Part shown: in pieces, positions 52,479 through 61,616 of the stretch
How positions within the stretch are numbered: the stretch's first letter is position 1
Layout: each line of letters begins with the position of its first letter
DNA from: an uncultured delta proteobacterium
GTDB taxonomy: Bacteria; Desulfobacterota; Binatia; UBA9968
Direction: 5' to 3'
Assembly: GCA_963745035.1 (NCBI GenBank)
Contig: CAVUVW010000013.1
Location: forward strand, 1,344,001-1,408,000
DNA length: 64,000 nucleotides
The notes under the pieces: generated by a model
What the model was told of the DNA's origin: nothing
Databases searched by the model: none
Seen by the model: only the letters and a program-made list of their open reading frames with translations
Made by a program: the position numbers and the translations under genes

Positions 52479-53830
52479 TGCGGACCCAACAGATTCATAT
52501 CATCAGTCTGGGCTGCGCCCGCAATCTGGTGGATTCCGAAGTCATGGCAGGGCTCTTACAAAAAAACGATTACCGGATCGTCCACGAGCCGGCGGACGCC
52601 GATATCGTGCTGGTCAACACCTGCGGCTTCATCGGCCCCGCCAAGGAAGAATCGATCGAGACCATTCTCGAAGTTTCCCGCCTCAAGGAAGAAGGCAAGG
52701 TCAAAAAGCTCGTCGTCGCCGGCTGTCTGTCGCAGCGCTACCCGGATGAATTGGCCGGTGAATTGCCGGAGGTGGACCTGTTCATCGGCACCGGCGAAGT
52801 GCCGCGCATCGCTGAAATCCTGCGCCAGCACGACGCCGACTCGGCCCGCCGGAAATACGTCGGGCTTCCCAGCTATCTCTACGATGAGACCACTCCCAGA
52901 TTGAGATCGACGCCGTCCTACACCGCCTTTCTCAAGGTCTCCGAGGGCTGCGATCACAAGTGCGCTTTCTGCATCATTCCTCAACTCCGCGGCCCCCACC
53001 GCAGCCGTTCCATCGATTCGGTCGTGAGCGAGGCCGCCGCCCTCGGCGGGAGCGGCGTGAAGGAAATCAATCTCATCGCTCAGGACCTCACGGCCTACGG
53101 CCGGGACCGTAAAGACGGCACCACCTTGCACGGTTTGCTGCGCGAGCTGGCTGAAGTCGACGGCGTCGAGTGGATCCGCCTCTTGTACGCGTACCCCAAT
53201 TTTCTCGACCAGGGCCTGCTTGATGTGGTTCGCGACAGCGACAAGATTTGCAAGTATATCGATATCCCGTTCCAGCATGTCAGCCAAGCGCTTTTGCGCC
53301 GCATGCGCCGCGGCAAGAGCGGCAGCGCGGTGCGCGAAGCCGTCGAGAAACTTCGCTCTGCGATTCCCGGACTGACTTTGAGAACATCGTTGATCGTGGG
53401 CTTTCCCGGGGAAACCGAAGCGGACTTTGCCGAGCTTTTGGACTTTGTCGAAGCGACCCAATTCGAGCGCCTGGGGGTCTTTAAATACTCCGAGGAAGAA
53501 GGCACCGTGGCCGCGCACATGACCGGGGCCGTGGCGGAAGAGGAAAAGGAGCGGCGCTGGCAGGAAATCATGGACCTGCAATCTTCCATCTCGCGAAAAA
53601 AGAACGAGGCCTTGATCGGTAGTATTCAGCGAGTTATGATTGACGAGTTCGATTATGGCTCAGAACGGGCGAGCGGCCGAACGCAAGCCCACGCGCCGGA
53701 AGTAGACGGCGCCGTGTACGTCGACTGGAGCCGGGAAGATGGGGGCGGTGCTCGAGGGGGGGAAATGATCGACGTGAGAATTACCGCTGCACTAGACTAC
53801 GACTTGATGGGTGAAAAATTCCATGCCTAA
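52475..53830 (+). CDS. rimO: Ribosomal protein S12 methylthiotransferase
   Basis: SLGCARNLVDSE, NTCGFI, CDHKCAFC radical-SAM motif, APEVDG TRAM domain. Confidence 0.95.
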   Translation: MMRTQQIHIISLGCARNLVDSEVMAGLLQKNDYRIVHEPADADIVLVNTCGFIGPAKEESIETILEVSRLKEEGKVKKLVVAGCLSQRYPDELAGELPEVDLFIGTGEVPRIAEILRQHDADSARRKYVGLPSYLYDETTPRLRSTPSYTAFLKVSEGCDHKCAFCIIPQLRGPHRSRSIDSVVSEAAALGGSGVKEINLIAQDLTAYGRDRKDGTTLHGLLRELAEVDGVEWIRLLYAYPNFLDQGLLDVVRDSDKICKYIDIPFQHVSQALLRRMRRGKSGSAVREAVEKLRSAIPGLTLRTSLIVGFPGETEADFAELLDFVEATQFERLGVFKYSEEEGTVAAHMTGAVAEEEKERRWQEIMDLQSSISRKKNEALIGSIQRVMIDEFDYGSERASGRTQAHAPEVDGAVYVDWSREDGGGARGGEMIDVRITAALDYDLMGEKFHA

Positions 53831-54281
53831 AGCCGATCCCGAAAAAGAAAAAAAACAGCGAAAAGAGTTCTTGAAGCAGGCTTCCGAGATGCTCGAAGAG
53901 ATGAAGCGCTCCCTGATGAAGGAAATGCAGGGGCGCGTCAAGGAAGAGACAGAAGGCGTCAAGGACGAGGGTCGCGATACCTACGATCTTGCCAGCGATG
54001 AGCGGGATCGCGAGATCAATTTTATTCTCAACGATCGCGAGCGCGAAAAGCTTTTGGCGATCGACGAGTCGCTCCAGCGGATTGCCGACAAAACCTACGG
54101 CATTTGCGAAAGCTGCGAAGGCGAGATCCAGCTCGGTCGGCTTAAGATTCTTCCGTTTACCCGCCTGTGCGTCAAATGCCAGGAGGAAAACGAGAAGGAA
54201 AGCAAACGCCAGAAGACCCTGGAAAACGAACGAAGCTACCGCAAGCTCGACGTCACCGATTTTGAGGAAGACGGTTTCTAG
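53823..54281 (+). CDS. dksA: DksA/TraR family transcription factor
   Basis: DTYDLA tip motif, YGICESC...LCVKC Zn finger. Confidence 0.85.
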   Translation: MPKADPEKEKKQRKEFLKQASEMLEEMKRSLMKEMQGRVKEETEGVKDEGRDTYDLASDERDREINFILNDREREKLLAIDESLQRIADKTYGICESCEGEIQLGRLKILPFTRLCVKCQEENEKESKRQKTLENERSYRKLDVTDFEEDGF

Positions 54282-54294
54282 ATCTTCTTCCCGC

Positions 54295-54336
54295 AAATAG
54301 AAAGGGCGCGGTCAAAAGCCGCGCCCTTTTCTATTT
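54295..54336. terminator. Bidirectional terminator
   Basis: AAATAGAAAGGGCGCGG...CCGCGCCCTTTTCTATTT between convergent genes. Confidence 0.8.
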
Positions 54337-54366
54337 GGGAATCGAGTCGGGAAATTCAGCAGGCCT

Positions 54367-54746
54367 TTACTCTCCCTTGGCCGGAGTGAATTGCATCTTC
54401 GTTAAGAAGTTTTTCTCGCCCTTGGTGACGTACTCGACCGAGGCCGACGATCCTAATCCGACTTCAGACATTTTGACTTTCGATTCTTTGATCTCAGTGG
54501 CCTTGGTTTTCGCGTTGTAATCCAACGTCACCAGCTTGCCTTCCTTGGTAACGACGATCATATAGTTCTTTTCGGTGTCGAGCAGGCCGATATCGCCGGA
54601 AATTTTCTCGGCCTTGGCCTTTTCTCCACCTTCGGCTTGCCCTTAGCCGGCTCGTCCGCTTTTTTCTCCTGGGAGACCACGGGAGACGCCAAAGCCAGCG
54701 CCAGAATGACCGCCATACCGATTACACCATTCGATTTCGCTCTCAT
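54367..54746 (-). CDS. Small exported protein, paralog B1 (frameshift near 54620)
   Basis: Signal peptide + SQEKKAD; GDIGLLDTEKNYMIVVTKEGKLVTLD...GLGSSA...PAKGE. Confidence 0.75.
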
Positions 54747-54794
54747 TTACCTGTCCTCCTGGTTCAAAACTATAAAAGATTCGACCGAGCGTCC

Positions 54795-55208
54795 TTACTC
54801 GCCCTTGGCCGGCACGAATTCCACGCTCGAAGCGATATTTTTCTCGCCTTGCTTGGTGTACTGAACCACCGCTGAGGAGCCAAGACCGATATCCGCGACT
54901 TTAGCGTTGACCGGCTCTCTTTGGGTAGGCTGGAACTTTGGGTCGAAATCGATGGTAACGAGTTTTCCTTCCTTCGTGACCAAGATCATATAATTCTTCT
55001 CCGTGTCCAGCAGCCCCACATCTCCGGCCACCTTGGTCCCCTTCGCCTCTGCCTTCTTCTCACCCGGATCCTTAGCCTCAGCTTTCGCCGCCGGGGCTGG
55101 AGCCGGTGCTGCGGGCTTCGGCGCCATTTCCTCCTGAGTCGAGCAGGCAGCCATGAGGAACATCAGTGACAAGGCTGCGACCCCGGTAATCGACAACAAG
55201 TGTTTCAT
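54795..55208 (-). CDS. Small lipoprotein, paralog A1
   Basis: Lipobox MAAC-STQEEMAPKPAA; GDVGLLDTEKNYMIL...PAKGE. Confidence 0.8.
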   Translation of the reverse strand: MKHLLSITGVAALSLMFLMAACSTQEEMAPKPAAPAPAPAAKAEAKDPGEKKAEAKGTKVAGDVGLLDTEKNYMILVTKEGKLVTIDFDPKFQPTQREPVNAKVADIGLGSSAVVQYTKQGEKNIASSVEFVPAKGE

Positions 55209-55436
55209 CTTACAACCTCCGCGCTAGTGAAAATTTGCTTGGAATAGCGTGGATACTTATCGTGAGCGTCCTGGCATCTCAATACGCTTAAGGTATGATT
55301 TTGCCCCAACGCGCCTGCCTGACGCATAGGTCTAGAGTCGTATGCATTGTGTGGCACGGGATTACCGGTTTGCATCGTTAGGCGTTTGATGTATTTTCAC
55401 GTCGATGGTGCTCCGCAATTCAATGCGAGGTCTTAC

Positions 55437-56099
55437 ATGTTACCGATCAAAGTCGTAATCGCGGATGATCACGCGCTTTTTCGGGATGGGCTGCGAAAAA
55501 TCCTCTCCCTGGAAAAAGATATTCTCGTGGTCGGTGAAGCGGGAAACGGGGATGAAGTCCCTAGGATCGTCGAACGCACGAAACCCGACGTGCTGCTCCT
55601 CGATTTAAAGATGCCCAAGGGCGACGTGGTGCAAAACCTGCTCGAGGTCGGGGCCAGAAGTCCCGCGACGCGAGTCATGATTCTCACGGCCTTTTCCGAC
55701 GAAGAAAACGTCCTGAACGCCGCCAAAGGCGGCGCCAAAGGCTATGTTCCCAAAGGCGTTCCTTCGGCCACCCTCCTGCAAGCGATTAAAGTCGTTCACG
55801 GCGGCGGCTTTTGGATCGACAAGGAAATCCCTTCCTGGGAAACCTTTCAGGAAATCGTTGAAGTGCAGTCGACGCCTCGAGAAGCGGCGCCGCAGGTCGA
55901 TGAGAACATCAAAGCGTTAACCAAGCGAGAAATGGAAATCCTCCGGCTCGTCGCCGAAGGACTGACCAACGAGGAAATCGGCAAGAAGATTTTTATCAGC
56001 GAAAAAACCGTGAAGACCCATCTCACCAATATTTTCGACAAGCTCAAGGTCAATAACCGTTTCAAGGCGGCGCTTATGCTGATCGGCCACCCCAACTGA
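55437..56099 (+). CDS. NarL/LuxR-family response regulator
   Basis: VIADDH, LLDLKMP, LTKREMEIL, ISEKTVKTH. Confidence 0.93.
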   Translation: MLPIKVVIADDHALFRDGLRKILSLEKDILVVGEAGNGDEVPRIVERTKPDVLLLDLKMPKGDVVQNLLEVGARSPATRVMILTAFSDEENVLNAAKGGAKGYVPKGVPSATLLQAIKVVHGGGFWIDKEIPSWETFQEIVEVQSTPREAAPQVDENIKALTKREMEILRLVAEGLTNEEIGKKIFISEKTVKTHLTNIFDKLKVNNRFKAALMLIGHPN

Positions 56100-56128
56100 T
56101 TCCTAGTAGGAAAACATCCTTCAGCGCC

Positions 56129-57337
56129 ATGGCGGCACTCAGAAAAATCACACCCGAGGAAAGCTGGCTCGCGCAACGGGAAAACGCGGTGGCTTGGATG
56201 CGCGTCGCGTTCGCGGCAGTCGCTGTTTTCGTCATCCAGCTAAACCCGGAGCGCGTCGCCCGATTCCCCGAGTTGTCGGCGTTCTCCCTCGGTTCGTTTT
56301 TTATTTACAGTCTCGTGGTCCTCTATCTCGCCTTGCACGGCAAGCTTACGTCTTCGCCGCTCGGCATCCTGACAAACTCGCTCGACGTCGTGTGGATCGC
56401 CGCGATCGTTTTTTCCACCGGCGGGACGCGAACGCCGTTTTTCTTCTACTACACGTTTCCGGTGATCACGGCGAGCATCCGCTGGGGGCTCAAGGGCAGC
56501 ATTCCCGTGGCTCTGGTCGGCATATTTCTTTACGGCGTGGTCCGCCTTACGCTCGCCGCGGAATCCATGGAGGCGCCGATCGGCATCGACGTGCTGCTCA
56601 TCCGCAGTCTCTACTTGATCTTGCTGGCCTGCATCTTCGGCTACATCAGCGAGTTCGAAAGAAACCAGAACCAACGCCTTCTTGCGCTCTCTAAAACGGC
56701 GGGCGAGGTGGCCGCGTTCCAGGAGCGCCGCAGAATCAATTTCGAATTGCACGATGGCATCTTGCAGTCACTGGCGACGCTCATTCTGCGCATCGAAGGC
56801 TGCGGCAAACGTCTGCCGGACTCCCAGAAAGAGCTAGCCGAGGAGCTGCGCTCGTTGGAAGAATTTACCCGCGATTCGATGAAGCAAATCCGGCAGTTTC
56901 TTTCCGGACAGCAGTCCAAACCGCTGGTCGCCGGCACGTTGATAGAAAAACTGCGCGAGGAGGCCCGCTTCCTGCGTGACGGCATGGGCTTGGACGTCGT
57001 TATCGAGAGCGAGCCTGAAGACTTGGAGCTGCCGCACGACGTGGAGCGGGAAGTCTATTTCGTGCTGCGCGAAGCACTCACCAACGTGACCCGTCATTCC
57101 CACGCCTCGAAAGTCGAGGTTCAGCTCAAATGGAAAAACGGCGTGCTGGAAGGATTCCTCAGGGACAATGGCGTGGGCTTCAACTGCGACCACGTCAAAG
57201 ACGCGCCTGGCTTCGGCTTGAACGGAATGCAACAGAGGATTAAAGAAATCGGGGGAGAACTCCTGGTGAAGTCCTCCCCCGGACAAGGAACCAAGGTGGC
57301 ATTGCAGGTGCCGCTTCAACCAGCGGCAATGGAATAG
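56129..57337 (+). CDS. Multi-TM sensor histidine kinase (HisKA_3)
   Basis: 5-6 TMs, ELHDGILQSL, EALTNVTRH, DNGVGF, GFGLNGM. Confidence 0.9.
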   Translation: MAALRKITPEESWLAQRENAVAWMRVAFAAVAVFVIQLNPERVARFPELSAFSLGSFFIYSLVVLYLALHGKLTSSPLGILTNSLDVVWIAAIVFSTGGTRTPFFFYYTFPVITASIRWGLKGSIPVALVGIFLYGVVRLTLAAESMEAPIGIDVLLIRSLYLILLACIFGYISEFERNQNQRLLALSKTAGEVAAFQERRRINFELHDGILQSLATLILRIEGCGKRLPDSQKELAEELRSLEEFTRDSMKQIRQFLSGQQSKPLVAGTLIEKLREEARFLRDGMGLDVVIESEPEDLELPHDVEREVYFVLREALTNVTRHSHASKVEVQLKWKNGVLEGFLRDNGVGFNCDHVKDAPGFGLNGMQQRIKEIGGELLVKSSPGQGTKVALQVPLQPAAME

Positions 57338-57342
57338 ATGCT

Positions 57343-57696
57343 CTATTCACCCTTAGCGGGCCGGAAAATCATCTTGGTCAGATAGTTTTTGTCCCCTTTG
57401 GTCATATACTCCACATTGGCAGAGGAACCTAGCCCGACATCAGACATCTTCGATTTCGTGTCCCGCAGCTCAGTCACTTTGGTTTTGCTATTGTAATCAA
57501 GGGTGACCAACTTTCCATCCTTCGTCACCACGATCATGTAATTCTTCTCGGTGTCCAAGAGGCCGATGTCTCCAGCTACTTTCTCGGCTTTAGCCTTTTC
57601 CTTTGCAGCGTCAGCTTTCTTTTCTTGAGCAAGAACTGGAGCCGACAGCACGCCCACCATCAACACGGCCGTTAGACTTGCAATTTCCGCCTTCAT
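57343..57696 (-). CDS. Small exported protein, paralog B2
   Basis: Signal peptide + AQEKKAD; GDIGLLDTEKNYMIVVTKDGKLVTLD...PAKGE. Confidence 0.8.
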   Translation of the reverse strand: MKAEIASLTAVLMVGVLSAPVLAQEKKADAAKEKAKAEKVAGDIGLLDTEKNYMIVVTKDGKLVTLDYNSKTKVTELRDTKSKMSDVGLGSSANVEYMTKGDKNYLTKMIFRPAKGE

Positions 57697-57743
57697 TGCG
57701 TTCTCCTTGTGCGTTCTCGTTTTGATCCCATTCTTTCGTAATA

Positions 57744-58148
57744 TTACTCACCCTTGGCCGGGAGGTATTCGATGCTTGTTGCCACGTTTTTATCACCCTG
57801 CTTGGTGTACTGGACTGTTGCGGAGGAGCCTAAACCGATATCCGAGACCTTTGCCGGATGCGGAGTTCGCTCGATCGCCTGCGCCTTGGCATCGAAATCG
57901 ATCGTCACCAGCTTTCCTTCCTTCGTCACGATGATCATGTAGTTCTTCTCGGTGTCGAGAAGCCCAATATCGCCGGCGATTTTAGTAGCCTTGGCTTTTT
58001 CGGCGGGCGCCTTCGCCTCAGGCGCCGGTGCAGGCGCTGCGGGCTTCGCCGCTGGCTTCGGTGCCATATCCTCTTGTGTTGAACAGGCTGAGAGCGCCAA
58101 CATACACGAGACAGAAACTACTCCTCCCAGTCGCAGAAAACCTTTCAT
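57744..58148 (-). CDS. Small lipoprotein, paralog A2
   Basis: Lipobox LSAC-STQEDMAPKPAA; GDIGLLDTEKNYMII...PAKGE; GGAGG RBS. Confidence 0.8.
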   Translation of the reverse strand: MKGFLRLGGVVSVSCMLALSACSTQEDMAPKPAAKPAAPAPAPEAKAPAEKAKATKIAGDIGLLDTEKNYMIIVTKEGKLVTIDFDAKAQAIERTPHPAKVSDIGLGSSATVQYTKQGDKNVATSIEYLPAKGE

Positions 58149-58163
58149 AACACCTCCTCATTA

Positions 58164-58210
58164 AGACTTAAGTCTAAAGTCGTATACTTTAGCGAATGCG
58201 ACGTTGTCAA
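58164..58210 (-). promoter_or_regulatory. Promoter/operator of A2-B2
   Basis: TTGACA at 58205-58210 (minus); palindromes AGACTTAAGTCT and CTAAAGT-N5-ACTTTAG; CTAAAGTCGTA motif. Confidence 0.55.
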
Positions 58211-58821
58211 GCGTCTTTTTGTACCCTACGGCCTGCAGTTTGAATTGCGTGGTGGCGACACCGTGTAGCCGCGACATCAGACGTTTCGATGCCGAATTCG
58301 ATGGAGATACAAACCGTAAGCGACTCACGCACAGCCCGGCCTTCTCGATGTTCGTTGTGCGGGCTATGTGCCGCGTTTGACCTTTGAGCCGAGCACAAGT
58401 CAGTCACTGGGCGTCAGAAATTTACGGTGATCAATCCGATCGGACAACTACTGAACCCTTCGCTTGCCGTACAAGCGAAGGTGATAAAAGCACCTTGATT
58501 AGCAGATGTCGCAGAAGAGGCTTAGATCACAAAATGTAGCGACTCTGCGCGATCCCTCACGATTTACGCAAGGCAGCATTCTGGTGGCTTCCGGTTGGCT
58601 GAATAATGTACGCCCGTTTTCTGCCCAGTCAGACACGTTCGGCTCATCGATCCAGCCAGCGTGTCCGATCAATTTCGCGCCTGGCTGGACACTGGAAACT
58701 CCAGCACAGAGCCCTATTGCCATGGGAGATGATTTTCCGGAGTCGCATATTCCAGAGTCTTGCGACTACGCATGGCGGCAGCACGACAGCAATCACTGCC
58801 CATCCCAAACCTTTGTTCTCC

Positions 58822-58854
58822 AAAAAAAAGGGGGAGCCGTGGCTCCCCCTTTTT
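58822..58854 (-). terminator. Rho-independent terminator of the porin gene
   Basis: A8-GGGGGAGCC-gt-GGCTCCCCC-T5. Confidence 0.85.
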
Positions 58855-58874
58855 GCTCACGCGTTCAGCTCTCG

Positions 58875-60412
58875 CTAGAACGTGTATCTCCAGTTGAGCA
58901 TGACATCGACCCAGTCGCCGCCTTTACCGTTTCGACATCCCGTAGCGGGGGTAACATTGGGCGTGTTGCAAATCCCGAGATTATGCGCGGCCTGGTTGGC
59001 TCCATTGCGTAGGTTCGACGCGTCATACCAGAGAAAGCTGGTACCCACGCTCATCCGCGGCGCAATGAAATACCAGATATCCCACTCGCGGAGCAGAATG
59101 CGGGTACGATGGAATTGATTCATAGTGTCCGCCGATACCCGTGTCAGCACAAGGGATGCCCGTGTTGCCGTTACAATCCATCGACATGTTCACGCGCTCA
59201 AAGTGGGTGCCGATCAAGATCGATCCCGGTGTCGTCGCCGATCCGGTAAAGAACCCCTTCGGGCTCCACAGGAAAAGATCGTGGCCGATCAGGAAGCTGT
59301 TGGCGCTCTTTCTTGCACGTCCGCTCGGCTTCCACGCCCGGTCTTCGCTCTGCTGGAATGAGCCCATTCCGCGCAACGTATAGGGACCGATATTCCACAC
59401 GATGCCGGGACCGTGGCGCGATGGAGGCCATCGCCGATCGAATCGGCGCCCGTGTCAAACAAGGTCTGCCTGCCACCGTCGCCGTGATCCTGTACACGGT
59501 AACGGCTGCAGCCATTGTCAGCGCGCGATTATCCGCGTTACAGAACCAACTGAACCATACTCGAAAGTGTAGACCCCGAATCCATTTACTTTTTAGCTGC
59601 GAGAACGGTTGAATGCTCAGGTAGGCGTTGAAGTCCTTGCGATCGGTAAAGCTCTGCAACCCGTCGTCGCCTTCGGCGATCGAAGACATGCCGAGCTGGA
59701 ACTTGCCGATACGCCCTGGAATGAAGATGCCGGCCAACGAACGATCATCCCAGTTGAGCACGATGCCTTGTCCCGCCCGTCCGGTGTTGAACCCATCGTT
59801 GCGGGTGTGAAGATCGTACTCCGCCTGCGCGCCGACCGCCCCGGATCCCTGCCGCGCCAAGCTCCCGCCATGAGCGTTCTGCACTTCCATGCCCAACTGC
59901 ACCGTCGGCAGCCAGGGATGCAGATCCTCGGCGTGGAACTGCAGCGCGCCGCGCTGCAGGATCGACCCGAAATCGTCGCCCGTAGCATTCTTGCCGGTGC
60001 CCGTGCCCCATCCGTCCAAGTCCAACGTCGCTTCGAGCTCCCACAGACAGTTGTTGATGCAGTAAATAAACCCGGGCCGAAACCGCCGGCCCATCAACTC
60101 GCCTTGGGTCCGGCCGACCTGGTCGCGCCCGGATTCGAAGTTCATGCGGAAGTGCGACTCTAACGTGAACCGCACGCCCCACGACTTGTCCGCCGCTTCG
60201 ATGTTCAAGCCGTTGCCCGGTCGATACTCGAACGTCGGCAACGCTGCTGCCGCCGCCGTCGCTTCTTTCTTCAACTCGACCTGCTGGGTCTTTAACTGCA
60301 TCAGTTCCTGCTCGAGCGATTTGATCTTGTCATCGACGCTCTGCGCAGAAGCCGGGGCCGCAGCGAAAAGCACAGCCGACAGCAGTGCCAATTTCACCAA
60401 CCTCTTCTTCAT
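58875..60412 (-). CDS. Outer-membrane beta-barrel/porin with N-terminal coiled coil (several frameshifts)
   Basis: Signal peptide, DDKIKSLEQELMQLK, amphipathic strands, C-terminal VMLNWRYTF; pieces in ORFs 59198..60412, 59023..59400, 58875..59150. Confidence 0.7.
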
Positions 60413-60467
60413 TGTGCCTCCTTTGCCTCCAGTTTTTCTTTAATGCACTCGTGTCTAATTTCGGCGA

Positions 60468-60606
60468 TTTTTAGCCCAACTGTTACAACCTGTCAAGCCT
60501 AAAGTTGTAGCCTATGCGTAATTAACTACGTCAATTATTGTACTATCATGCTACGAAATGGCCGTTTTTAACTCGCATCCACTCGTCTGTCAAGCCTAAA
60601 GTTGTA
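60468..60606 (-). promoter_or_regulatory. Tandem duplicated promoters of the porin gene
   Basis: 20-bp direct repeat CTGTCAAGCCTAAAGTTGTA at 60490 and 60587; each reads TACAACTTTAGGC-TTGACA-N17-TAAAAA on the minus strand. Confidence 0.7.
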
Positions 60607-60767
60607 TATAATATACGCCTAGTTGCGTTGAGTCATTAGGAATAGCCAGACTTACGGTTTACACTCGTCGATAGTTTTGCCGTTCGGGAGATTTGCCAGA
60701 CTCTTCGCGATCCCGAACGTTACCGCGAATATTGTGATAATAAGCGTGCTTAGGTAGACTTCGGGCG

Positions 60768-61541
60768 ATGTTGACGAAGCGAGTGATTCCCTGCCTCGAT
60801 GTCAAAGGAGGACGGGTGGTCAAAGGAACCCGTTTCCTCGATCTCCGAGATGCAGGCGACCCCGTTGAGGTTGCCCGCCTCTACGACGCCGAAGGGGCCG
60901 ACGAGCTCTGCTTCCTCGACATCACCGCGTCGCACGAGCAGCGAGGCATTATTCTTGACGTCGTAGCGCGAACCGCCGAGCAGGTTTTCATGCCGTTAAC
61001 CGTCGGCGGCGGCATCAGCCAGATTGACGACATCCGCGCTCTTCTTCGAGCCGGTGCCGACAAAGTTTCCATCAACACCGGCGCGGTGAATCGCCCGGAG
61101 TTTGTCCGGGAAGCCGCGGAAGTGTTTGGCAGTCAATGCATCGTTGTCGCCATCGACGCCAAACGATCCGGCGACGGATGGGAAGTTTTCACCCACGGCG
61201 GCCGTAACCCGACCGGAATCGACGCCTGCGCGTGGGCGGAGAGAATGGCGAGCTATGGCGCCGGCGAGATCCTGCTTACCAGCATGGACTGCGATGGCAC
61301 TAAAACCGGCTACGACCTTGCGCTGACGCGCGCAATCGCCGACCGAGTGGGCATACCGGTGATTGCTTCAGGCGGGGTCGGCAATCTCGAGCATATCTAC
61401 GAGGGCCTGACTCGTGGCGGAGCGAGCGCGGCGCTGGCCGCTTCGATTTTTCATTTCCGCGAATATTCGGTCGCCGAGTGCAAGGACTATCTTCGCGCCC
61501 GGGGCGTGGCGGTGCGTCCGGCACAGCGCGATACGGTTTGA
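60768..61541 (+). CDS. hisF: Imidazole glycerol phosphate synthase cyclase subunit
   Basis: [34 protein letters not shown]. Confidence 0.97.
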   Translation: MLTKRVIPCLDVKGGRVVKGTRFLDLRDAGDPVEVARLYDAEGADELCFLDITASHEQRGIILDVVARTAEQVFMPLTVGGGISQIDDIRALLRAGADKVSINTGAVNRPEFVREAAEVFGSQCIVVAIDAKRSGDGWEVFTHGGRNPTGIDACAWAERMASYGAGEILLTSMDCDGTKTGYDLALTRAIADRVGIPVIASGGVGNLEHIYEGLTRGGASAALAASIFHFREYSVAECKDYLRARGVAVRPAQRDTV

Positions 61542-61616
61542 GCTAATCCGAACTGGTCTTTACGAGAAAGAAACTTGGGGCTCTCGAATCTTTCGGCGTG
61601 AACCGCCAACGAAATC

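Noticed and set aside
55353-55368. TGGCACG sigma54-like -24 box before the NarL regulator
   Set aside because: No GC at the -12 position (reads CC)
58210-58820. 600-bp gap with ORF 58506..59012
   Set aside because: The ORF crosses a terminator and the porin end and is not protein-like; no RNA motif recognised
1971-60412. Programmed frameshifting as the cause of split genes
   Set aside because: Breaks hit unrelated families with no shared slippery motif
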